A stretch of DNA of 64,000 nt from Azolla caroliniana (taxonomy: Eukaryota > Plantae > Polypodiophyta). Shown piece after piece: positions 33,742 to 47,180 of the stretch. How positions within the stretch are numbered: the stretch's first letter is position 1; every line of letters begins with the position of its first letter. Both the position numbers and the translations under genes were made by a program. Below the pieces are notes generated by a model. The model searched no databases and was not told the DNA's origin. It saw only the letters and a program-made list of their open reading frames with translations. The DNA lies in NCBI GenBank assembly GCA_043228905.1, contig JBHGNT010000020.1:9610001-9674000 (forward strand), given 5' to 3'.

Positions 33742-35211
33742 TGGTCAACATTTCACAAGAACTTCTCAGTTGCTCCCCAAACACTTCCAAATCCCACACC
33801 AAAAAACTACAGAGAGGTGCAAGTCGGGCTAGGAGGTGGTTGCCAATATGTGAGAGTGAGATGGTTCGATCTTTGCATTGTGATGGCTTGACCTTGACTT
33901 CAAGGGACTCGAATGTGGATCCCCGCAAAAATTGTGGAAGAATTTTGCTATCATCCCCACATGAACCATCATTTTAATGTACATTTGGATTTAGTTTTCA
34001 TCTCTAGGATTTTGGTCTTAGATTTACGACATTTTTGTCTCCAAAATTAACATCACATTGCTTGTGATCTTAGAAACATTTTGTGGATGGAAATTTGTGT
34101 AATTTGATGTTTTAGTATGTTCAAAATGTGTTTTTGGTTTTTTTAGTGGCTAAAATTTTTGGTGCCTAAAGTTTTGGTATTTGGGATGATATCTTACTTG
34201 TTTTACATTTGGAAGAATATTTGTGTGTGTTTTAAATTTAGTGGTGGAAGACTAAAGTTTAATATATTTCAAACTCAAAGATTTTGATGTTAGAAATTTA
34301 AAATGGCTTTCAAATTTGACATTTATAGATAGTAATATGAAATGGCCGATAAGAATTTTAGAAATCTAGAACCAGAAGCAACTAAATTTCCAATTGGGTC
34401 AAAAAATTGCCCAACACTATTTGCAAATGAGGTGTCTATCAAGATTGATGGGTCACATTCAATATGACATGGTAAGGACTCATAATCAAGCTCAAATCTA
34501 GAGGGGTTGGTTGTGTGGAGGGAGTGGCTAACCAAACACTAAACATCACATGGAGAATGTTAATGGCTTCAAAGTTTATAGAATACCAATAGGAGTATCA
34601 TCCAAAGACTCGCTTAATTGCATTAGGACTCCCTTATAAATGTGTTTTTGAAAGTAATAATGCCATGCACACAAATAAATAATAACATAAATAATGTATC
34701 TAGTCTAGTTGATGAAACCCTAACGTCCAAAAGGAATACAATTATGACAAGTTTTTCTATTTTCCTTGTTATTGATAGCAATGATTAGGGTCGACAAAAG
34801 GGGTGAGTCTTTGTCATATTGATTACAATGATCATTAATGTTTAGTGAAGACGAAATCTTATCAAATGAGTTCATTTGATAGGAATGTTAGATTCAATGA
34901 TAATGATCAAATATATGTGCATATACATATGTACATACATGGCAACAATTATTGAGGAAATCAAGATCTTGTTCATCATTGAAGCCTCTTTTTTCATATG
35001 TTCATTATGTGATCATCTCAATCATTAATTTTCATCTTCAAAATTAACCCTAGACAATAATGATAGCATTTGTTTTTCATCTTTATGTTTCTTGTGTGTG
35101 TGTGTGTGCGCGCGCGCACATGCTTGTCGTGCACGTGTGAATCAAAGATCAAACCAGAACATAACTCAAACTAGTCTATATGTTGTATGTAGGACTTATT
35201 CCATTGAGTCT

Positions 35212-35213
<2 letters not shown>

Positions 35214-35294
<81 letters not shown>
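35214..35294. repeat. (GT)n microsatellite
   Basis: Direct reading. Confidence 0.98.
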
Positions 35295-35295
<1 letters not shown>

Positions 35296-38200
35296 GTGTT
35301 TATTTATAAGAGAATGAGAGTACATTCGTAAAATGTTCAAATTACAAATAGATTGAATTTAAAGTAAAAATGGTGGGCATGGAATGGAATACATGCCTAG
35401 AATAACAATATTATAAGATCAAATGTATATATACAACGAAAAATCATTGAATGTGTATTAAAGCTTCATTGGATCATTGAAGAAAAAACATTCTTCAACT
35501 CATGATTGGTTTTTTTTATTTGTTAAGCAATGTGCATCTAAGCATAAACAAAATGTGCATTTACCCCAATAGTTTATTCTTAGAAACTTTCTTAAAGATT
35601 ATGCATATTGCAAATAACCTCGAAATATAAAAAATAAGGTCATCACACATGCTTGGGGAACAATAAACTTTATCGTTATTGTGTTTCACGTGACAAGTTA
35701 TAAGCATGTTTAAGCAAAACAGGGTTCATGTATCAATTATTTGTACAGCATTAGCATTTTAGCCTATGGGTGCATGCTTTCCTTTTGACAATGCATAGAG
35801 CGCTTCTTGTACACAATTATATCTTAAATATTTCAATATATTTGCAAGCGTACTTCCATATACATCTAATACAACTCAAATTCTTAATTTATGCACATAA
35901 CTTGCATTGCTCATAATATCATAGCTTGATATATTTGTCTTTAAATTTCAAATGAAATATTCAATGTCAAGCAAACAATAATGTACAACTTAGACACTTG
36001 CTTTCTCTTTTTTTAATAAGTAGGAAGTAAGAAATTGTGATAAATTTAGGAGTCGGCATATGGTAATTCTTGGAAAGAAAGTTGAGATATGAATGCATTT
36101 GCTTGTCCTTTGCATTATGGGACATCTTTTCTTAGTAGTTAGCCTCCTTCCATGTTTTCATGTGTGAGTGCCATCTTTTAGCTCATGCAGTTACCTTTTT
36201 TTTATCACATGTACATGTTAATATGTCGATTCTCATTATGAGATTGGATAGATGGGAGTTGGACTTTTGAGAATGCTACTATAATGTTTTGATAATTTTA
36301 CCTTTTTATGAGCTATAAACTCCATGTACGTGTGGTATGTTTTATCTTTTCATGTGCTATAAATTCAATTTACGTGTGGTGTGCTTTATCTTTTTGTGTG
36401 TTGTATCCTTAGTGTATGTGCGATATGTATGTTAAAAAGATTGCCTATATGTGTGCTTGTGGTATGGATGTGTCTATATTTGTGGTATGTATGTAAGTGA
36501 AATCAAGAAAAATGTCCAAGGTTACATAGATGCGTCTTTATCGGACTTACAGCTAAATACATGCATAAAGAAAGTAATTGTACAAGAGATGGTCACTCTA
36601 TAATATTAAGAAATCTATAAATTATGAAATCCTAACTAATTGTATCCTAGATTTTTGTTCTAAGGACGCAGAGCTCCTTGTGTTTTAGAACTTAAACTAC
36701 TACACTAAGCTTCAACTCTGTGAAATATATCTTCAACCAGAGGTGTTTGATAATGGCAACTAGCTATGATTAAATGCAATAATTCCCCTTGACCATGTAA
36801 CAGAATGAAAGAAGAAGGTCAAAATCAGAATCTCGTAATGTGTCCTATGAGTATCTTGTCATTGAAAATGTTTAGTACTTTAAAACCAACATGTATCCTC
36901 CACATTTCTTATCATAATGAATCACGCCAATACTATAAAGCCAATATTTAGGACTTTTATGAACACGACATCTCAATCTACTAGTTTTTTTCCTTAATTG
37001 AATCTTTATGATTTCATCCTAAAGGCGAAGTATCTCATTATGTATTACGCCAATAATCTAATATTGTTGTTTATAATAAAGACATGTAAACCATGATGTC
37101 CCTTTCAAATAAGAGCTTAATGGGCACAACACTTTTGCAAGTTGTTGAAGATAGAAATGCCACTATAGTAGTTTGCAAATCAAATAAATTAGTGCACAAA
37201 AATAAAATTCAAAGCAAAGTGGGTAAAAAAACCTCAGTGGGCCACATGCAAGGGTAAGGCAAAGTGTCATTATGAAGGTCGCAAGAACTAAGGTAGCCAT
37301 CGTGGGCTTTTTTGGACTCCATGAATGTAAAGTTTAATGTGTGGACACTTACATGTGTAGATGGAGAGAGGGGGACAATACGAGGAACTATTTAACAAGA
37401 GAGGAAGGGAGAGAGGAAGACAAAGGAAGTTCAAAAGGGGGGAAAGGAAGTTGAGATTGACTTGACACGTTTTGTTCTTACATGCACTATTTTCTTTGTT
37501 CAAAGGAGACTTTGCTTTCATCATTGCATTAAGTGTCGTGGTTTCTTTTTCTTCTTGGAATATAGCCAAAGGAGTCTATATATTCGCCTAGGCTTCTTAT
37601 GTTCAATGTGCCATGGAGTTTACAATACGTATATATATACAAGGCTATGAATCTCTAAGAGAAAAGGCAACTCGATGCACTACCAATGAAATGGGAATAG
37701 ATAAGGTTGGTTAAACGTGCTAGCAGATATAATTGTCATTTTAAAATTACACAAGGGGGGATCATATTGTTTATTCTTTCATAAATCTAGTGAGCGGAAT
37801 ACATGGTAGGAATGGAAGGCTAGGTAAGTTGCTTTGCCGACATGAATATAAAAAGTCAAATAACTCTTCTCCACCTAGTTTACGATAAAGCAAACTTCCT
37901 TATATTTGCATTAAAACCCTACAAATAAAAAATATATATCACATGTAACCATTGAGTTTAATTCGTGTTCCTCAATTTGGTTAACATGATTCGTATTAGT
38001 TTGTATTCATGTATATTGTCTTCATGTTCCCTAGGATCTATTCCTACGTTATTCTTCTCAATTCCTACCTTTCATCATGTGTTCGCTCCTTGTCAACATT
38101 TTTTATCATCACTGTGTCTCTCCTATCACTAACTTTTAAGACCAAACTTTTGCCTCAATCTCGCAATTCCAACCATCAACACATTAATCCTCCCATTACC

Positions 38201-39921
38201 TATGTTTTCTTGGAATGTTCCTCGCCTCCACTTTCCCTACTCATATGGCACTTCAACCACACCTTTTGTGTTCGAAGTTGTCTTCTCAATAACAAGTTTG
38301 GTGGTGGTGTGCACATGTCTCATAATTTGTTTATCATGCATCGGCCCATCCTCCCATGTTTTTCCACCATCGTTATATTATTGCAACTTTTAATATTTTT
38401 AATCACTTGCCTTTGTCACAATTCTCTCTTTATTTTAGATAGGTCGCCTTAACTTTCCAAGGTGCCCCCGCCTCTCCTTGATCTCTTCATCTCTCCTTTC
38501 TATACCTACAACAACCAGTCATCACGATGGTCCATTTCCAATGTACACCGCTTTCATATGCCTTCAAGATTCGAGTTCAATCAAGGTTTATTTTTCCATT
38601 CATGTTAGGCATACGACAAAATGGATGTCCCTACCATAGCATTATGCAGTTTACCTTTGTTTGATCTTATGAACTATTCTACATCTTTCTTAATCATTAA
38701 CTCACTTCTCCATAAGGAAGGGGATACATCACATCAGCTTTCGAAATTGAAAGCATCTTAGAGAATAAGGTGTGTCCTTGGTGGTGAAATTTTGGGCTAT
38801 ACAATGTGAATGGATATAATAGAATTATTAAATAACTATGTTGAAAGTCACAATTATTTTGCTAGTAGATTATGTACTTGCTTTTGTGGATGTTAATGAT
38901 GGAACAACGATGAAAGACTATGCTTATGATATGAAAGGAATGTTTAAATGCTCCTTATTTAACCCATACAACGGCTTTGTCTTGAAGGTCCCATATTCTC
39001 TTTTTGGATATTTGATCATTTGCCTTAGAAATGGGGATAAAAGGTTGCACATAGTAATAAAGAACATTTTCTTCCTTGGACGGATTATGGATAGCATTTT
39101 TAACCCAAATAATATATTTGATAATAAAAAATCATCTTCGTGTTAAATAGTTAAGTTATATTCAAGGCAATGTGCATGCATTTGCTTGAAGTATAACATA
39201 CAGACAATGAAAGGTATACACTATATATCAAGCATGGTGTATTGTTCCCCGATAGAAATAGCATTTGCTAAAGTTTCTCATGTGTGTGTACACATGCAAA
39301 TATATTTCTATGCATGCATGCACTTGATGTCAATACAATGGTGTAAGCTTACAAATGTATTATTCTAACATTTGAAGCAACACATGCTTATATATTATAT
39401 CTACACGTGTACATGCATTTATGCACAAGTCATCCATATAAACATACAAATGTAACATTTATAGATTATAATCGATCATATACACATCATGTGTGTATCC
39501 CCCTTCCAAAGAACTGTGCCTTAAGTTATAAGGTGACAACCCTTGTTATAATAACTTTGTCCCTTGTACCTTAAAATATTTATCCACCGTCGATGTCACT
39601 AGTTTACATAGAATTTACCTTATTGAAAGGATGAGTAACCAACATTAGGTCATCATCAAGGTGAGAAGTTGTGCTTTTATGCATTGGATGCCTTGGAAGC
39701 ATGAAAAGATGCACAAATACTCATAAATGATGGAGATTCTTCCGACAAAGTCATCAATTCACATTATTTGTTTTAGAGTTTTGATACCATTGTTTGTCTA
39801 AATATCCCAAGTTCAACAATAAGAATCAAAAGACAATAATAAAATTACCATGTTTAAGTTATGTGAAGCCATGACTTAAAGTGACCCACAAAATAAGTTG
39901 TGGCCCTTAAACATATTCATT

Positions 39922-40390
39922 TTATTTTTTTCCAAAATGAAGCTACTTTCCCATTAGTTAGGAAGAATTATTACATAGAGAGTCTACAAGGAGACTTATA
40001 CACACATCGGGGAGTCTTCCTCCGATCAAGTAAAAGAAGATGAGCCTACTTACAATGCCTTGCGGCCTAACTTAATGTAAGAAGCTACCTATATCCAAGG
40101 CGATGCCCTTCAATGTTGCCTAGTACGAGTCGGCTCTTGGGGCCTACAACGAAGAGAGGGTGGCAGGTGAGTAGGAAACAGCCAACGTGGGGGCTGGTAG
40201 TTCCACCTCAGGCCACTCCCGCCTTGCAACACCATAGGTGTGTTCCGCCATTTCTGCCAAAAGCGCAAACGGGCAGAGACCACGTCGTTGGAGTGGCTGC
40301 AAACCTCTTCCAGTTGCCCTCGTAGGCAGCTGATAAGCGCGAACCATATGCCCATGATCACTTCCTTCGGGGGGCGTACCGTACCTTGAA
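39922..40390 (-). mobile_element. 5'-truncated retroposed copy (LINE 3' end) with A-tail and 18-bp TSD
   Basis: CCCTTAAACATATTCATT at 39904-39921 and 40391-40408; T-run at 39922-39931; Trp-rich minus ORF (RLRFWQKWR) resembles an L1 ORF2 C-terminus. Confidence 0.8.
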
Positions 40391-43132
40391 CCCTTAAACA
40401 TATTCATTACATGCCACTCCCAATATATATATACTACTCTATCTTGCAAATGGAAACAACTCTTGATGGGAAATGATACAGCGTGTGACTTCAAAAAAAA
40501 ATATGACTTGCTCATCACATTACCCCTTATTGATTAGGCCCTTAGAAAGTAGGGATATCAAGCAATCTCATTCGCGTTCTCTCTCAAAATGAGAATACGA
40601 AAGAGACATGAGGTCTTTGTATGCAAGTTTGCAATGGAAAGCAATGTGTCATTTAGTCTATTTAAAGCACAATGTATAGTACTATCAGATCTACTACCCA
40701 CCCTTTGGTTATCAAGCACGCATGAAACCTTTAGAGCCCCTCAATTTGATATAGAACCCCATTTAGAATTTGCTTCACACGAATGCTTGGAATCATTCAT
40801 GACATATAATGATTTGTACATTCATCATAGGCCACGTTTGTCATGGAGGATACCCACTATTCAACTCTAACCAATATGTTTTCCAAAAAAAGAAGGGTAA
40901 TGTTATTTACATAAACTTTTGAAATTTATCCCAACGGTTATATCTACGATGAGGGGAATGAAAATTATAAGCCATGATAATATTTCTCTTATTAGATTAT
41001 TTCTCGTTACAACTACTCAATGTTTGGTCTCCTAGTGGAGTAATTAACATTTAATGGTAATCAAATTACCTTTGAGAAGCTATTGCAACCTTCTTGTTGG
41101 ATCTTTCTCTATTGCCTTTGTGTGTAAGCCCTTTGAGTATAAGGCATTGATCAATCTCTATACATGTATATGGATAATTGTAGCCAAAACTTACCATGTG
41201 CACTTTCTTGCCTAGTTGATTCCAAAAATTATCTTGATTCCTTTAGTAATCACAAAATGTTCATCATTTGGAATGGGGTCAAATTGTTTTTTTTATGATA
41301 TTGTTGAAAACACTCCTTTCCTTAGTGTGCTAAAAATACAACATTGTGCCTTCAATAAAGACAAACATGCCTACAAAAGTTGGGATGTTTTAAATTATCA
41401 ATAATATAATTGAATCTAGACCTTCAGTCAATTAAAGGAATAAATGAAATTAGTATTGTTGGATTAGTTTATACATGTCTCACTCTCTCCCAAGACAAGC
41501 AGTTAGCATAGTGGTGAAGACATCACTACCTACATCAATGGCAATCAGACTACATGAATGATTATCCTCATCTCTAGTGCTTGGGGTAAGGCATTGCATC
41601 CTCATATTGATTTTTGACATGCCCTAGATAACTGACACCTATAATCTCTCATGGTTGGGTAAGGCATCACATCTTCACGTTGACTTTAGACAAGCCCTAG
41701 ATAACATCCAACTATTCTCTCACACCCTAGATAACCTAGTATACATACCCTAGATAATCGCCACCTATTATCTCGCTTTCTTTGTACTCCTTGACGATGA
41801 GGACCACTATTGTACATGGATATATACTATGATGAGTTCTATACAAAACAATTGCCATTGGAAAATGTATCCAAGTTTCAATCCATTTTCACTTACTTTG
41901 GAAAGGGATTGCATTGCCACATGAACTTTAGACATAGCCTAAATAATTCACACCTATTGTCTCTCTTTTTAAACTCTTGGATTATTAGGATTGTGGTTCC
42001 TCACAACACTCTTGCATGTTGATATACGACCATGTATATGAACATTGATGCTCTATAATGAGGGTCTTGGGTGCATCTCTTTACATACAAAATGATTATC
42101 ATTGGACAATATATCAAGGGTTCACCTTATTTTAAACTTTGGATTTATCTATTCACAAGAGTTGTAATAATGGGTCCTACAAAGCACACGATATTTTAAT
42201 AAAATGATTAGTACAAAACTTATGCATGTTAATGGATAAAATTAATGATAGTTGGAATATTCCCAACACCAAAACTAATCATCATTAGAGAAACTCCAAT
42301 AACATAAAGTTGTCATTTTAAGTCTAGCATACATGTGACACCTACGAGTGTGGTTATGAGTTTCTTGACAAGGTTTTTAATGAGAAGAAAACGATGTGTA
42401 CTAGGCTTGTAGTATGTACTCCTTTAAACTCACATTCGACCTCCTCTTGGAATACACAACAAACACCCAGCCTAAATCTTCTGTTATAAGGTTGTGTTTT
42501 GGATAAAGATTGGTGTTGTTAGAAATTGCAAAGTAACATTTATCCTCACACTATGATCAATAAAATAAATTGGCCAAATGTTTCTTAAGATTATACTAAT
42601 CATAAAGCTAGTTCACATATTAATTATGAAAAATAGCTCTATGTCCGAAATAGAAACTTTCTTTGTTACAAACATAGCTTCAAAAAAAAAAACTTTTGAA
42701 AATTATGTTTGTAACAAAGAACGTCTCTATTTCGGACATATAGCTTCAAAAGAATATAAATTTAAAATGTAAAGATTTTAGTGCAAAAGAGTTATGAAAA
42801 TTACAACCTTGTAAGGTCTCTGGATTCTATTGCTTGTGTGTGTGGCATATTGGAATCATGTGCTCAAAGTTACTTCACCTAGGATCATCTAACAAAACAG
42901 AGGGAAGTAGATTCTAAGCCCATACCCACACATCATTATTAAATAGATTGCCATTGGGAGTTGTTTGTCAAAGAAAAGAGGGAAACTATGAGAGTCCTCT
43001 AATTATGGCAATGAAATGGTACATTGAGCTTGGGAGTCCTCTAATTTCATAAACATATCAAAGTACTCTTCGTGTGAAGGTTTGTACGTTTGGACCCCAT
43101 GACCTTCTCCCAAATGTAAGAATTTTAATTAA

Positions 43133-43557
43133 TGTTGTGTAGAATTAAGGAGAAAAATAAGAAAGAAAGGGTGTTGGTCCACCCAACTACTCACTAGCGA
43201 AGGTGAAAGATGGAACCGGATCCCTCGTCGGTGTCCCATACCATTGAGTACGAACATGGGCCATAAATTGGGTTTGAAGAAGAAGGAGGCACACATGTAT
43301 GAAACTAGACCTTTGCCACACTATTAGAGTCTCTATCAAATATAATAAAGAAGACCCCCCCCCCCCCCCCCCCCTTTGTAAATGTAGACGACCTTCTTAT
43401 ATAGGCTCAAACCCTAGGCTCTTGTCTATTTCACACTTGGTTGCTTTTCTTTACAAGTGACAAGTGATGAAAAACACTCTAAAGTTATCTCCATCTGTAG
43501 ATGAGATAACTCAATCCTCACCCTTCGTTCCTTGTGAATTAGAGAAGTACGGTTACA
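43133..43557 (-). mobile_element. Possible degenerate solo LTR
   Basis: TG...CA with 4/5 flanking match (ATTAA/ATTAT); minus-strand CCTATATAAG near 43395-43404. Confidence 0.35.
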
Positions 43558-44070
43558 ATTATTCTTATAACACCATGACCATTGGAAATGCTATAGAGAT
43601 CATCAACAAATGAAGATAACGTGTTTAAAGAAGTCAATCTAAATAAACTCATCTTTACTACCCATATCCTCCTCATTCTTAGGTTTTAAATGTGATGCAT
43701 GAATGAGGATAAAATGTGCATTCATTCATATTGTTATAGTTTGAGAGATAGTATTGTTTAAAAGATGCTGAAATTTCCATGGTTACAACGCAATCGTCAT
43801 AATTTCTAATGAAAATAGCAAAAACATTGCATTAATTGAAAATAGAATAGATTGTATTTTTTTATCATCCATGAGGCCAAATTTGACATATGGGACCAAA
43901 TAAACATATTATCATGTAGTTGATTCCTTCCTAAGAATGGGGTTTACTACACTGTAGAAAATGATGATGATATTTTCACACTCCCCCAAGGGGGGAACTA
44001 GGATCCGTGCGACCGAAATATTATGAGTAGAGTGTGCTCCTTACTATCCTATCATCAAAAACATTGCTGA

Positions 44071-44106
<36 letters not shown>

Positions 44107-47100
44107 CTTGTTTGAGAGAGATGTATTCTTGGAGCACCATAGCATGTAGGTAGGTGGAAAGGACAATTTATTTGGAAATTCTTGCACCTAAGCTTTACAA
44201 ACACCTTGTACCTTGATTCTCACTATTCTAGAGGGATAGCGAGGGATTTTGTATTTTCATGTTGTTGCAATACATACACTATTTATAAAAAAGAGAGACA
44301 AGAGAGAGGGGGAGGGAGTTTCAATACATGTGCATCTAGTTTAGGAGAAGCAACATATGGTTGTGTTAGTTGTTCGGAGTGTGTTTAATACACAAATGTG
44401 GCATGTAGTTGAGGAGTGATGTATGTACTATGTAGTTTACCACTAGGCCCATTACAATATAGAGAAAAGTAGAGAAAAGAGAAAGGGAGAGGCCATAGTT
44501 GAGATGGTCCTGTCAATTGTTTGAAGGTTTCGGGTGGTTAGTTTGATATACTGACCCATGACCTTGTGTTGATAGCTTAATAATGTACCCCTAGGAAAAT
44601 GAGCAAGCAATTGCACTCGTTATAACCTCATATATACCTCGCAAACTAGGCTTAATTGAGGAACATTAACGAATAACCTTTGTAGTTGGCAAATATCAAA
44701 GAGTAAATTAGTTTATCATAAAATCCTGAATTAAACATAAACAAAGTAATATTTATGTGATGACTCATTAATAATTATGCAAATTCACACTCCCTTAATG
44801 TTTATTAGCTTTGATATTAGTAAGCCATTCATATGTCATGACGAACAAGGTGTTATTAAAAGATAAACTACATTACTTTATGATCATGAATACGTAATGA
44901 TGCTAGGGCTACTACGAATATTACCCCTATGATATATTGGAAAATTTTCCTAGAATCTAGTTTAACTAACTTGTGTGGTGGTGAACTAATTTCTTGTACC
45001 AAATGAATAGTACAATATGTGGCAATGTACGGTATATAAGCCCAAGTCTCAAAGTATTTATAGTAAAATATGTTGCAAGTTTAGTGGAAGACTGTTGTAA
45101 CGACTAGGAAACATACATGTTGGATGCATCTAAGGATACAATCATCATATTCTTCACAACATGTGTTTTTATCTCTATATCCTATGTTTTTGCATGATCT
45201 TAAGTTCCTTAATTGTTTGACCTTGGCTTTAGGGGGAGGGGGACTCGACAATGAGACATTTGCTTGTGCTACGCAATTGTTATTACTATGACGTAGTTAT
45301 TTGTTACTAGTAACGATTTGATCCATATGCATTATATTGGGACCCATTTAGGCAACAACATGTTCCTCATGATAATGTCATTGAAAGCTCCCAAAGAAGA
45401 AGAATATACCATAGTAACTCTAATTCCCAAGAATTTAAACGATCTCCATGACATGTGGATCTTACCATGTACATGAAAGGGTGCATGGTGATCTTGTTTT
45501 GGGAAAACACTTCAAATCACTCGCTTCAAAAGATATTGACGATAATCATGGACGAAAGATTTAACCACGCAAATTTGATTTTCACATATATGTTAAGATC
45601 GTGAATTTTATAAACTTGGGTGCTTTTATTTTGCCCTTGCCTTCTTGTTTAAATGCGCGATGAAATCTTTTGTAAATTTGCAAACTTCACATGGGCGAAC
45701 ATATTTAGTTCCATTAAGTTCAACCGAGTTATCAATAACAACCAAACTTCTCCATCTTCATCTCTACTTCCTTATTTAATTCATTGATATACATAATACA
45801 AGATATGGCAACATCCCTCCATGATTCCTCAAAGTTCCTAATATCTTCAATTATGCCATTGTATATTAGTGACATAAGAGAACAACGGTATATTAAAATA
45901 AAATTGCGAGATAAATTGTTTGGAGCTTCTTAGCCCAAGAGTAGACATAATCTTCAAAGTTTGGTACTTATAAATGAATTTATGTATTAATAAAGTAGAA
46001 GTGTTTAAATAAGAAGGCTTCATTTGGGTCCAATGCCTCTTTTACAACAATCCAAAGACATTCCAATATCAAGTTATTATGTATTTGATAACCTAAAGAT
46101 TATTGTGTATTATCAGTTCTCTTTCGTAGGTTATAGTTTTCTTATGTATGTCATACAATACATGTTATAGGAAAGGCAATATAACAGTGCACACTTCTAT
46201 AATAATTGCAAACGTGATTAGGTCATGCCCAATGTGCATAGGCTTTAGGAGCATTCAATTTTTTATAGTGAGCATTATCTCTTCAAGCATCTAACTCAAG
46301 AATATAAGGCGCCATATACATTATGATTTGTTGTTTTTCGGAAGGTTAAAAAATTAAACTTCATAACTGGTTACATATACAAGGTCTCCAAATATTTTTC
46401 GGCATTCATTTCTTTGGGGTGCATTTTTCTCATCTTGAAGAAGAAATAGTATGAAATGGCTAACATAAATTTTGGCTCCACGTTGGCTTCGTATTCTTCC
46501 CTCTTCTAAAGTCTAAGCTAATGACACTTTACATTCTTCCTTTTTCGAAAAGTATAAGCTAATGATCAAGGGGTCTGGCTGAAACAGAAGTTGCTCCACA
46601 TACCCTCCCCCGCCCCCCTCTTTCCCGTTACAAGTGCCAACAAACGGACAAATTTGTCTTTGAATGTAAACGTTTTGCAAAATTAGATGATTTCTAACAA
46701 AAACAAAATATACATTGCCACGTTTCATGGGAAAAGCTTTCTATGTTACTTCTCAAGTCGCCAAAAAGTGTTTTGTCATAAAGCGTGTTCCTTCTTGTTT
46801 ATGTGAAAGAAAGGTTTACATGTGCTTTAATACTAGATTATGTAGGAAGTTTTTGTGTTTACAAGATAATAGTGTAACTCCCTATACTCCATATGCAAAC
46901 TCAAGGTCTAGACCATAATTTATTGGTTTCAAGTATAGAAATGTGTGTTTACTATAAAGAGCTATGTAGAGAGAATCGGTATTCAAGTAATGGATTCCTC
47001 ATGGTATAATATGCATTGCACACAATGTTTATTTCTGTTTCCAAGAAATATCTCACACATCCCAATTATCTTTTGTTTCATCCTATGTCGGTGTGGTTTC

Positions 47101-47149
47101 AACAACTTTAGATTTTCATTGGGTTCTTGCTAAGACTACATAGCTTTGA

Positions 47150-47180
<31 letters not shown>

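Noticed and set aside
37200-39150. Possible old LTR/TE relics and short ORFs in the AT-rich intergenic region
   Set aside because: No termini, TSD or protein motif I can identify.
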